DNA of 64,000 bases from positions 244,404,001 through 244,468,000 of the forward strand of contig OZ024741.1 of assembly GCA_964016885.1 (NCBI GenBank). The letters are read 5' to 3'. Every line of letters starts with the position of its first letter. The stretch's first letter is position 1. The position numbers and the translations under genes are program-made. The stretch is from Eledone cirrhosa (lineage: Eukaryota). The notes under the pieces are model-generated. The model did not search any database. It was not told the DNA's origin and was given only the letters and a program-made list of their open reading frames with translations. Positions 39,101 to 52,300 of the stretch are shown here, one piece after another.

Positions 39101-40567
39101 GGGCAGCTTTTCTCGAAAATCACACCACACTCAGCAAATGTGTGTCTGCACATGTACCAGTAATTACAGATCGATCCGCCCACGGGTGGCCGGCCCACGA
39201 TCGAAAATGTAACTCCGCCGGCAAATCCGCATTTTTGTGATTCGTTTCTTCGAAGCTCACCATTCGCCGCCGGACTTCAGCTTCCTCATTTAGCATGGGC
39301 AGCTTTTCTCGAAAATCACAACACACTCAGCAAATGTGTGTCTGCACATGTACCAGTAATTACAGATCGATCCGACCTGGGGCGGCCGGCCCACGATCGA
39401 AAAGGTAACTCCGGCGGCAAATTCGCATTTTTGTGATTCGTTTCTTTGAAGCACACCATTCGCTGGTGGACTTCAGCTTCCTCATTTAGCATGGGCAGCT
39501 TTTCTTGAAAATCACACCACACACAGCCAATGAGTGTCTGCACATGTACCAGTAATTACAGATCGATACGACCACGGGCGGCCTGCCCACGCTCGAAAAG
39601 GTAACTCCGCAGGCAAATTCGCATTTTTGTGATTCGTTTCTTCGAAGCACACCATTCGCTGGTGGACTTCAGCTTCGTCATTTAGCATGGGCAGCTTTTC
39701 TTGAAAATCACACCACACTCAGCAAATGTGTGTCTGCACATGTACCAGTAATTACAGATCGATCCGCCCACGGGTAGCCGGCCCACGATCGAAAATGTAA
39801 CTCCGCCGGCAAATCCGCATTTTTGTGATTCGTTTCTTCGAAGCACACCATTCGCCGCCGGACTTCAGCTTCCACATTTAGCATGGGCAGCTTTTCTTGA
39901 AAATCACACCACACTCAGCAAATGTGTGTCTGCACATGTACCAGTAATTACAGATCGATCCGCCCACGGGTGGCCGGCCCACGATCGAAAATGTAACTCC
40001 GCCGGCAAATCCGCATTTTTGTGATTCGTTTCTTCGAAGCACACCATTCGCCGCCGGACTTCAGCTTCCACATTTGGCATGTGCAGCTTTTCTTGAAAAT
40101 CACACCACACACAGCCAATCTGTGTCTGCACATGTACCAGTAATTACAGATCGATCCGACCAAGGGCGGCCGGCCCACGATCGAAAAGGTAACTCCGCCG
40201 GCAAATCCGCATTTTTGTGATTCGTTTCTTCGAAGCACACCATTCGCTGGTGGACTTCAGCTTCCTCATTTAGCATGGGCAGCTTTTCTTGAAAATCACA
40301 CCACACTCAGCAAATGTGTGTCTGCACATGTACCAGTAATTACAGATCGATCCGACCACGGGCGGTCAGCCCACGATCGAAAAGGTAACTCCGCCGGCAA
40401 ATCCGCATTTTTGTGATTCGTTTCTTCGAAGCACACCATTCGCCGCCGGACTTCAGCTTCCACATTTAGCATGGGCAGCTTTTCTTGAAAATCACACCAC
40501 ACTCAGCAAATGTGTGTCTGCACATGTACCAGTAACTACAGATCGATCGGACCACGGGCGGCCGGCT

Positions 40568-43500
40568 CACGATCGAAAAGGTAACTCCGCCGGCAAATCC
40601 GCATTTTTGTGATTCGTTTCTTCGAAGCACACCATTCGCCGCCGGACTTCAGCTTCCTCATTTAGCATGGGCAGCTTTTCTTGAAAATCACACCACACTC
40701 AGCAAATGTGTGTCTGCACATGTACCAGTAATTACAGATCGATCCGACCGCGGGCGGCCTGCCCACGATCGAAAAGGTAACTCCGCAGGCAAATTCGCAT
40801 TTTTGTGATTCGTTTCTTCGAAGCACACCATTCGCTGGTGGACTTCAGCTTCGTCATTTAGCATGGGCAGCTTTTCTTGAAAATCACACCACACTCAGAA
40901 AATGTGTGTCTGCACATGTACCAGTAATTACAGATCGATCCGCCCACGGGTAGCCGGCCCACGATCGAAAATGTAACTCCGCCGGCAAATCCGCATTTTT
41001 GTGATTCGTTTCTTCGAAGCACACCATTCGCTGGTGGACTTCAGCTTCGTCATTTAGCATGGGCAGCTTTTCTTGAAAATCACACCACACTCAGCAAATG
41101 TGTGTCTGCACATGTACCAGTAATTACAGATCGATCCGCCCACGGGTAGCCGGCCCACGATCGAAAATGTAACTCCGCCGGCAAATCCGCATTTTTGTGA
41201 TTCGTTTCTTTGAAGCACACCATTCGCCGCCGGACTTCAGCTTCCACATTTAGCATGGGCAGCTTTTCTTGAAAATCACACCACACTCAGCAAATGTGTG
41301 TCTGCACATGTACCAGTAATTACAGATCGATCCGCCCACGGGTGGCCGGCCCACGATCGAAAATGTAACTCCGCCGTCAAATCCGCATTTTTGTGATTCG
41401 TTTCTTCGAAGCACACCATTCGCCGCCGGACTTCAGCTTCCACATTTGGCATGTGCAGCTTTTCTTGAAAATCACACCACACACAGCCAATCTGTGTCTG
41501 CACATGTACCAGTAATTACAGATCGATCCGACCAAGGGCGGCCGGCCCACGATCGAAAAGGTAACTCCGCCGGCAAATCCGCATTTTTGTGATTCGTTTC
41601 TTCGAAGCACACCATTCGCTGGTGGACTTCAGCTTCCTCATTTAGCATGGGCAGCTTTTCTTGAAAATCACACCACACTCAGCAAATGTGTGTCTGCACA
41701 TGTACCAGTAATTACAGATCGATCCGACCACGGGCGGTCAGCCCACGATCGAAAAGGTAACTCCGCCGGCAAATCCGCATTTTTGTGATTCGTTTCTTCG
41801 AAGCACACCATTCGCCGCCGGACTTCAGCTTCCACATTTAGCATGGGCAGCTTTTCTTGAAAATCACACCACACTCAGCAAATGTGTGTCTGCACATGTA
41901 CCAGTAATTACAGATCGATCGGACCACGGGCGGCCGGCTCACGATCGAAAAGGTAACTCCGCCGGCAAATCCGCATTTTTGTGATTCGTTTCTTCGAAGC
42001 ACACCATTCGCCGCCGGACTTCAGCTTCCTCATTTAGCATGGGCAGCTTTTCTTGAAAATCACACCACACTCAGCAAATGTGTGTCTGCACATGTACCAG
42101 TAATTACAGATCGATCCGACCGCGGGCGGCCTGCCCACGATCGAAAAGGTAACTCCGCAGGCAAATTCGCATTTTTGTGATTCGTTTCTTCGAAGCACAC
42201 CATTCGCTGGTGGACTTCAGCTTCCACATTTAGCATGGGCAGCTTTTCTTGAAAATCACACCACACTCAGCAAATGTGTGTCTGCACATGTACCAGTAAT
42301 TACAGATCGATCCGCCCACGGGTGGCCGGCCCACGATCGAAAATGTAACTCCGCCGGCAAATCCGCATTTTTGTGATTCGTTTCTTCGAAGCACACCATT
42401 CGCCGCCGGACTTCAGCTTCCACATTTGGCATGTGCAGCTTTTCTTGAAAATCACACCACACACAGCCAATCTGTGTCTGCACATGTACCAGTAATTACA
42501 GATCGATCCGACCAAGGGCGGCCGGCCCACGATCGAAAAGGTAACTCCGCCGGCAAATCCGCATTTTTGTGATTCGTTTCTTCGAAGCACACCATTCGCT
42601 GGTGGACTTCAGCTTCCTCATTTAGCATGGGCAGCTTTTCTTGAAAATCACACCACACTCAGCAAATGTGTGTCTGCACATGTACCAGTAATTACAGATC
42701 GATCCGACCACGGGCGGTCAGCCCACGATCGAAAAGGTAACTCCGCCGGCAAATCCGCATTTTTGTGATTCGTTTCTTCGAAGCACACCATTCGCCGCCG
42801 GACTTCAGCTTCCACATTTAGCATGGGCAGCTTTTCTTGAAAATCACACCACACTCAGCAAATGTGTGTCTGCACATGTACCAGTAACTACAGATCGATC
42901 GGACCACGGGCGGCCGGCTCACGATCGAAAAGGTAACTCCGCCGGCAAATCCGCATTTTTGTGATTCGTTTCTTCGAAGCACACCATTCGCCGCCGGACT
43001 TCAGCTTCCTCATTTAGCATGGGCAGCTTTTCTTGAAAATCACACCACACTCAGCAAATGTGTGTCTGCACATGTACCAGTAATTACAGATCGATCCGAC
43101 CGCGGGCGGCCTGCCCACGATCGAAAAGGTAACTCCGCAGGCAAATTCGCATTTTTGTGATTCGTTTCTTCGAAGCACACCATTCGCCGCCGGACTTCAG
43201 CTTCCACATTTAGCATGGGCAGCTTTTCTTGAAAATCACACCACACTCAGCAAATGTGTGTCTGCACATGTACCAGTAATTACAGATCGATCCGCCCACG
43301 GGTGGCCGGCCCACGATCGAAAATGTAACTCCGCCGGCAAATCCGCATTTTTGTGATTCGTTTCTTCGAAGCACACCATTCGCCGCCGGACTTCAGCTTC
43401 CACATTTGGCATGTGCAGCTTTTCTTGAAAATCACACCACACACAGCCAATCTGTGTCTGCACATGTACCAGTAATTACAGATCGATCCGACCAAGGGCG

Positions 43501-46500
43501 GCCGGCCCACGATCGAAAAGGTAACTCCGCCGGCAAATCCGCATTTTTGTGATTCGTTTCTTCGAAGCACACCATTCGCCGCCGGACTTCAGCTTCCTCA
43601 TTTAGCATGGGCAGCTTTTCTTGAAAATCACACCACACTCAGCAAATGTGTGTCTGCACATGTACCAGTAATTACAGATCGATCCGACCGCGGGCGGCCT
43701 GCCCACGATCGAAAAGGTAACTCCGCAGGCAAATTCGCATTTTTGTGATTCGTTTCTTCGAAGCACACCATTCGCTGGTGGACTTCAGCTTCGTCATTTA
43801 GCATGGGCAGCTTTTCTTGAAAATCACACCACACTCAGAAAATGTGTGTCTGCACATGTACCAGTAATTACAGATCGATCCGCCCACGGGTAGCCGGCCC
43901 ACGATCGAAAATGTAACTCCGCCGGCAAATCCGCATTTTTGTGATTCGTTTCTTCGAAGCACACCATTCGCTGGTGGACTTCAGCTTCGTCATTTAGCAT
44001 GGGCAGCTTTTCTTGAAAATCACACCACACTCAGCAAATGTGTGTCTGCACATGTACCAGTAATTACAGATCGATCCGCCCACGGGTAGCCGGCCCACGA
44101 TCGAAAATGTAACTCCGCCGGCAAATCCGCATTTTTGTGATTCGTTTCTTTGAAGCACACCATTCGCCGCCGGACTTCAGCTTCCACATTTAGCATGGGC
44201 AGCTTTTCTTGAAAATCACACCACACTCAGCAAATGTGTGTCTGCACATGTACCAGTAATTACAGATCGATCCGCCCACGGGTGGCCGGCCCACGATCGA
44301 AAATGTAACTCCGCCGTCAAATCCGCATTTTTGTGATTCGTTTCTTCGAAGCACACCATTCGCCGCCGGACTTCAGCTTCCACATTTGGCATGTGCAGCT
44401 TTTCTTGAAAATCACACCACACACAGCCAATCTGTGTCTGCACATGTACCAGTAATTACAGATCGATCCGACCAAGGGCGGCCGGCCCACGATCGAAAAG
44501 GTAACTCCGCCGGCAAATCCGCATTTTTGTGATTCGTTTCTTCGAAGCACACCATTCGCTGGTGGACTTCAGCTTCCTCATTTAGCATGGGCAGCTTTTC
44601 TTGAAAATCACACCACACTCAGCAAATGTGTGTCTGCACATGTACCAGTAATTACAGATCGATCCGACCACGGGCGGTCAGCCCACGATCGAAAAGGTAA
44701 CTCCGCCGGCAAATCCGCATTTTTGTGATTCGTTTCTTCGAAGCACACCATTCGCCGCCGGACTTCAGCTTCCACATTTAGCATGGGCAGCTTTTCTTGA
44801 AAATCACACCACACTCAGCAAATGTGTGTCTGCACATGTACCAGTAATTACAGATCGATCGGACCACGGGCGGCCGGCTCACGATCGAAAAGGTAACTCC
44901 GCCGGCAAATCCGCATTTTTGTGATTCGTTTCTTCGAAGCACACCATTCGCCGCCGGACTTCAGCTTCCTCATTTAGCATGGGCAGCTTTTCTTGAAAAT
45001 CACACCACACTCAGCAAATGTGTGTCTGCACATGTACCAGTAATTACAGATCGATCCGACCGCGGGCGGCCTGCCCACGATCGAAAAGGTAACTCCGCAG
45101 GCAAATTCGCATTTTTGTGATTCGTTTCTTCGAAGCACACCATTCGCTGGTGGACTTCAGCTTCCACATTTAGCATGGGCAGCTTTTCTTGAAAATCACA
45201 CCACACTCAGCAAATGTGTGTCTGCACATGTACCAGTAATTACAGATCGATCCGCCCACGGGTGGCCGGCCCACGATCGAAAATGTAACTCCGCCGGCAA
45301 ATCCGCATTTTTGTGATTCGTTTCTTCGAAGCACACCATTCGCCGCCGGACTTCAGCTTCCACATTTGGCATGTGCAGCTTTTCTTGAAAATCACACCAC
45401 ACACAGCCAATCTGTGTCTGCACATGTACCAGTAATTACAGATCGATCCGACCAAGGGCGGCCGGCCCACGATCGAAAAGGTAACTCCGCCGGCAAATCC
45501 GCATTTTTGTGATTCGTTTCTTCGAAGCACACCATTCGCTGGTGGACTTCAGCTTCCTCATTTAGCATGGGCAGCTTTTCTTGAAAATCACACCACACTC
45601 AGCAAATGTGTGTCTGCACATGTACCAGTAATTACAGATCGATCCGACCACGGGCGGTCAGCCCACGATCGAAAAGGTAACTCCGCCGGCAAATCCGCAT
45701 TTTTGTGATTCGTTTCTTCGAAGCACACCATTCGCCGCCGGACTTCAGCTTCCACATTTAGCATGGGCAGCTTTTCTTGAAAATCACACCACACTCAGCA
45801 AATGTGTGTCTGCACATGTACCAGTAATTACAGATCGATCGGACCACGGGCGGCCGGCTCACGATCGAAAAGGTAACTCCGCCGGCAAATCCGCATTTTT
45901 GTGATTCGTTTCTTCGAAGCACACCATTCGCCGCCGGACTTCAGCTTCCTCATTTAGCATGGGCAGCTTTTCTTGAAAATCACACCACACTCAGCAAATG
46001 TGTGTCTGCACATGTACCAGTAATTACAGATCGATCCGACCGCGGGCGGCCTGCCCACGATCGAAAAGGTAACTCCGCAGGCAAATTCGCATTTTTGTGA
46101 TTCGTTTCTTCGAAGCACACCATTCGCCGCCGGACTTCAGCTTCCACATTTAGCATGGGCAGCTTTTCTTGAAAATCACACCACACTCAGCAAATGTGTG
46201 TCTGCACATGTACCAGTAATTACAGATCGATCCGCCCACGGGTGGCCGGCCCACGATCGAAAATGTAACTCCGCCGGCAAATCCGCATTTTTGTGATTCG
46301 TTTCTTCGAAGCACACCATTCGCCGCCGGACTTCAGCTTCCACATTTGGCATGTGCAGCTTTTCTTGAAAATCACACCACACACAGCCAATCTGTGTCTG
46401 CACATGTACCAGTAATTACAGATCGATCCGACCAAGGGCGGCCGGCCCACGATCGAAAAGGTAACTCCGCCGGCAAATCCGCATTTTTGTGATTCGTTTC

Positions 46501-46838
46501 TTCGAAGCACACCATTCGCCGCCGGACTTCAGCTTCCTCATTTAGCATGGGCAGCTTTTCTTGAAAATCACACCACACTCAGCAAATGTGTGTCTGCACA
46601 TGTACCAGTAATTACAGATCGATCCGACCGCGGGCGGCCTGCCCACGATCGAAAAGGTAACTCCGCAGGCAAATTCGCATTTTTGTGATTCGTTTCTTCG
46701 AAGCACACCATTCGCTGGTGGACTTCAGCTTCGTCATTTAGCATGGGCAGCTTTTCTTGAAAATCACACCACACTCAGAAAATGTGTGTCTGCACATGTA
46801 CCAGTAATTACAGATCGATCCGCCCACGGGTAGCCGGC
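40568..46838. repeat. Tandem duplication of 15 monomers (period 2940 bp): 40568-43898 matches 43508-46838
   Basis: Rare variants are shared at 41211/44151 (tttTgaag in an F monomer) and 41377/44317 (gccgTcaaa). I noticed a single difference, at 42888 versus 45828. Confidence 0.9.
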
Positions 46839-48522
46839 TCACGATCGAAAATGTAACTCCGCCGGCAAATCCGCATTTTTGTGATTCGTTTCTTCGAAGC
46901 ACACCATTCGCCGCCGGACTTCAGCTTCCACATTTAGCATGGGCAGCTTTTCTTGAAAATCACACCACACTCAGCAAATGTGTGTCTGCATATGTACCAG
47001 TAATTACAGATCGATCCGACCACGGGCGGCCTGCCCACGATCGAAGAGGTAACTCCGCAGGCAAATTCGCATTTTTGTGATTCGTTTCTTCGAAGCACAC
47101 CATTCGCTGGTGGACTTCAGCTTCCTCATTTAGCATGGGCAGCTTTTCTTGAAAATCACACCACACTCAGCAGATGTGTGTCTGCACATGTACCAGTAAT
47201 TACAGATCGATCGGACCACGGGCGGCCGGCTCACGATCGAAAAGGTAACTCCGCCGGCAAATCCGCATTTTTGTGATTCGTTTCTTCGAAGCTCACCATT
47301 CGCCGCCGGACTTCAGCTTCCTCATTTAGCATGGGCAGCTTTTCTCGAAAATCACAACACACTCAGCAAATGTGTGTCTGCACATGTACCAGTAATTACA
47401 GATCGATCCGACCTGGGGCGGCCGGCCCACGATCGAAAAGGTAACTCCGGCGGCAAATTCGCATTTTTGTGATTCGTTTCTTTGAAGCACACAATTCGCT
47501 GGTGGACTTCAGCTTCCTCATTTAGCATGGGCAGCTTTTCTTGAAAATCACACCACACACAGCCAATGAGTGTCTGCACATGTACCAGTAATTACAGATC
47601 GATACGACCACGGACGGCCTGCCCACGATCGAAAAGGTAACTCCGCAGGCAAATTCGCATTTTTGTGATTCGTTTCTTCGAAGCACACCATTCGCTGGTG
47701 GACTTCAGCTTCGTCATTTAGCATGGGCAGCTTTTCTTGAAAATCACACCACACTCAGCAAATGTGTGTCTGCACATGTACCAGTAATTACAGATCGATC
47801 CGCCCACGGGTAGCCGGCCCACGATCGAAAATGTAACTCCGCCGGCAAATCCGCATTTTTGTGATTCGTTTCTTTGAAGCACACCATTCGCCGCCGGACT
47901 TCAGCTTCCACATTTAGCATGGGCAGCTTTTCTTGAAAATCACACCACACTCAGCAAATGTGTGTCTGCACATGTACCAGTAATTACAGATCGATCCGCC
48001 CACGGGTGGCCGGCCCACGATCGAAAATGTAACTCCGCCGTCAAATCCGCATTTTTGTGATTCGTTTCTTCGAAGCACACCATTCGCCGCCGGACTTCAG
48101 CTTCCACATTTGGCATGTGCAGCTTTTCTTGAAAATCACACCACACACAGCCAATCTGTGTCTGCACATGTACCAGTAATTACAGATCGATCCGACCAAG
48201 GGCGGCCGGCCCACGATCGAAAAGGTAACTCCGCCGGCAAATCCGCATTTTTGTGATTCGTTTCTTCGAAGCACACCATTCGCTGGTGGACTTCAGCTTC
48301 CTCATTTAGCATGGGCAGCTTTTCTTGAAAATCACACCACACTCAGCAAATGTGTGTCTGCACATGTACCAGTAATTACAGATCGATCCGACCACGGGCG
48401 GTCAGCCCACGATCGAAAAGGTAACTCCGCCGGCAAATCCGCATTTTTGTGATTCGTTTCTTCGAAGCACACCATTCGCCGCCGGACTTCAGCTTCCACA
48501 TTTAGCATGGGCAGCTTTTCTT

Positions 48523-49306
48523 GAAAATCACACCACACTCAGCAAATGTGTGTCTGCACATGTACCAGTAATTACAGATCGATCGGACCACGGGCGGCCG
48601 GCTCACGATCGAAAAGGTAACTCCGCCGGCAAATCCGCATTTTTGTGATTCGTTTCTTCGAAGCACACCATTCGCCGCCGGACTTCAGCTTCCTCATTTA
48701 GCATGGGCAGCTTTTCTTGAAAATCACACCACACTCAGCAAATGTGTGTCTGCACATGTACCAGTAATTACAGATCGATCCGACCGCGGGCGGCCTGCCC
48801 ACGATCGAAAAGGTAACTCCGCAGGCAAATTCGCATTTTTGTGATTCGTTTCTTCGAAGCACACCATTCGCTGGTGGACTTCAGCTTCCACATTTAGCAT
48901 GGGCAGCTTTTCTTGAAAATCACACCACACTCAGCAAATGTGTGTCTGCACATGTACCAGTAATTACAGATCGATCGGACCACGGGCGGCCGGCTCACGA
49001 TCGAAAAGGTAACTCCGCCGGCAAATCCGCATTTTTGTGATTCGTTTCTTCGAAGCACACCATTCGCCGCCGGACTTCAGCTTCCTCATTTAGCATGGGC
49101 AGCTTTTCTTGAAAATCACACCACACTCAGCAAATGTGTGTCTGCACATGTACCAGTAATTACAGATCGATCCGACCGCGGGCGGCCTGCCCACGATCGA
49201 AAAGGTAACTCCGCAGGCAAATTCGCATTTTTGTGATTCGTTTCTTCGAAGCACACCATTCGCTGGTGGACTTCAGCTTCCACATTTAGCATGGGCAGCT
49301 TTTCTT
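48523..49306. repeat. Dimer duplication D-E-D-E (period 392 bp)
   Basis: Identical E-variant ORFs at 48724 and 49116 (ctggtgg combined with ttccaca) are each preceded by a D monomer. Confidence 0.85.
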
Positions 49307-52300
49307 GAAAATCACACCACACTCAGCAAATGTGTGTCTGCACATGTACCAGTAATTACAGATCGATCCGCCCACGGGTGGCCGGCCCACGATCGAAAAT
49401 GTAACTCCGCCGGCAAATCCGCATTTTTGTGATTCGTTTCTTCGAAGCACACCATTCGCCGCCGGACTTCAGCTTCCACATTTGGCATGTGCAGCTTTTC
49501 TTGAAAATCACACCACACACAGCCAATCTGTGTCTGCACATGTACCAGTAATTACAGATCGATCCGACCAAGGGCGGCCGGCCCACGATCGAAAAGGTAA
49601 CTCCGCCGGCAAATCCGCATTTTTGTGATTCGTTTCTTCGAAGCACACCATTCGCCGCCGGACTTCAGCTTCCTCATTTAGCATGGGCAGCTTTTCTTGA
49701 AAATCACACCACACTCAGCAAATGTGTGTCTGCACATGTACCAGTAATTACAGATCGATCCGACCGCGGGCGGCCTGCCCACGATCGAAAAGGTAACTCC
49801 GCAGGCAAATTCGCATTTTTGTGATTCGTTTCTTCGAAGCACACCATTCGCTGGTGGACTTCAGCTTCGTCATTTAGCATGGGCAGCTTTTCTTGAAAAT
49901 CACACCACACTCAGAAAATGTGTGTCTGCACATGTACCAGTAATTACAGATCGATCCGCCCACGGGTAGCCGGCTCACGATCGAAAATGTAACTCCGCCG
50001 GCAAATCCGCATTTTTGTGATTCGTTTCTTCGAAGCACACCATTCGCCGCCGGACTTCAGCTTCCACATTTAGCATGGGCAGCTTTTCTTGAAAATCACA
50101 CCACACTCAGCAAATGTGTGTCTGCACATGTACCAGTAATTACAGATCGATCCGACCACGGGCGGCCTGCCCACGATCGAAGAGGTAACTCCGCAGGCAA
50201 ATTCGCATTTTTGTGATTCGTTTCTTCGAAGCACACCATTCGCTGGTGGACTTCAGCTTCCTCATTTAGCATGGGCAGCTTTTCTTGAAAATCACACCAC
50301 ACTCAGCAGATGTGTGTCTGCACATGTACCAGTAATTACAGATCGATCGGACCACGGGCGGCCGGCTCACGATCGAAAAGGTAACTCCGCCGGCAAATCC
50401 GCATTTTTGTGATTCGTTTCTTCGAAGCTCACCATTCGCCGCCGGACTTCAGCTTCCTCATTTAGCATGGGCAGCTTTTCTCGAAAATCACAACACACTC
50501 AGCAAATGTGTGTCTGCACATGTACCAGTAATTACAGATCGATCCGACCTGGGGCGGCCGGCCCACGATCGAAAAGGTAACTCCGGCGGCAAATTCGCAT
50601 TTTTGTGATTCGTTTCTTTGAAGCACACAATTCGCTGGTGGACTTCAGCTTCCTCATTTAGCATGGGCAGCTTTTCTTGAAAATCACACCACACACAGCC
50701 AATGAGTGTCTGCACATGTACCAGTAATTACAGATCGATACGACCACGGACGGCCTGCCCACGATCGAAAAGGTAACTCCGCAGGCAAATTCGCATTTTT
50801 GTGATTCGTTTCTTCGAAGCACACCATTCGCTGGTGGACTTCAGCTTCGTCATTTAGCATGGGCAGCTTTTCTTGAAAATCACACCACACTCAGCAAATG
50901 TGTGTCTGCACATGTACCAGTAATTACAGATCGATCCGCCCACGGGTAGCCGGCCCACGATCGAAAATGTAACTCCGCCGGCAAATCCGCATTTTTGTGA
51001 TTCGTTTCTTTGAAGCACACCATTCGCCGCCGGACTTCAGCTTCCACATTTAGCATGGGCAGCTTTTCTTGAAAATCACACCACACTCAGCAAATGTGTG
51101 TCTGCACATGTACCAGTAATTACAGATCGATCCGCCCACGGGTGGCCGGCCCACGATCGAAAATGTAACTCCGCCGTCAAATCCGCATTTTTGTGATTCG
51201 TTTCTTCGAAGCACACCATTCGCCGCCGGACTTCAGCTTCCACATTTGGCATGTGCAGCTTTTCTTGAAAATCACACCACACACAGCCAATCTGTGTCTG
51301 CACATGTACCAGTAATTACAGATCGATCCGACCAAGGGCGGCCGGCCCACGATCGAAAAGGTAACTCCGCCGGCAAATCCGCATTTTTGTGATTCGTTTC
51401 TTCGAAGCACACCATTCGCTGGTGGACTTCAGCTTCCTCATTTAGCATGGGCAGCTTTTCTTGAAAATCACACCACACTCAGCAAATGTGTGTCTGCACA
51501 TGTACCAGTAATTACAGATCGATCCGACCACGGGCGGTCAGCCCACGATCGAAAAGGTAACTCCGCCGGCAAATCCGCATTTTTGTGATTCGTTTCTTCG
51601 AAGCACACCATTCGCCGCCGGACTTCAGCTTCCACATTTAGCATGGGCAGCTTTTCTTGAAAATCACACCACACTCAGCAAATGTGTGTCTGCACATGTA
51701 CCAGTAATTACAGATCGATCGGACCACGGGCGGCCGGCTCACGATCGAAAAGGTAACTCCGCCGGCAAATCCGCATTTTTGTGATTCGTTTCTTCGAAGC
51801 ACACCATTCGCCGCCGGACTTCAGCTTCCTCATTTAGCATGGGCAGCTTTTCTTGAAAATCACACCACACTCAGCAAATGTGTGTCTGCACATGTACCAG
51901 TAATTACAGATCGATCCGACCGCGGGCGGCCTGCCCACGATCGAAAAGGTAACTCCGCAGGCAAATTCGCATTTTTGTGATTCGTTTCTTCGAAGCACAC
52001 CATTCGCTGGTGGACTTCAGCTTCCACATTTAGCATGGGCAGCTTTTCTTGAAAATCACACCACACTCAGCAAATGTGTGTCTGCACATGTACCAGTAAT
52101 TACAGATCGATCCGCCCACGGGTGGCCGGCCCACGATCGAAAATGTAACTCCGCCGGCAAATCCGCATTTTTGTGATTCGTTTCTTCGAAGCACACCATT
52201 CGCCGCCGGACTTCAGCTTCCACATTTGGCATGTGCAGCTTTTCTTGAAAATCACACCACACACAGCCAATCTGTGTCTGCACATGTACCAGTAATTACA

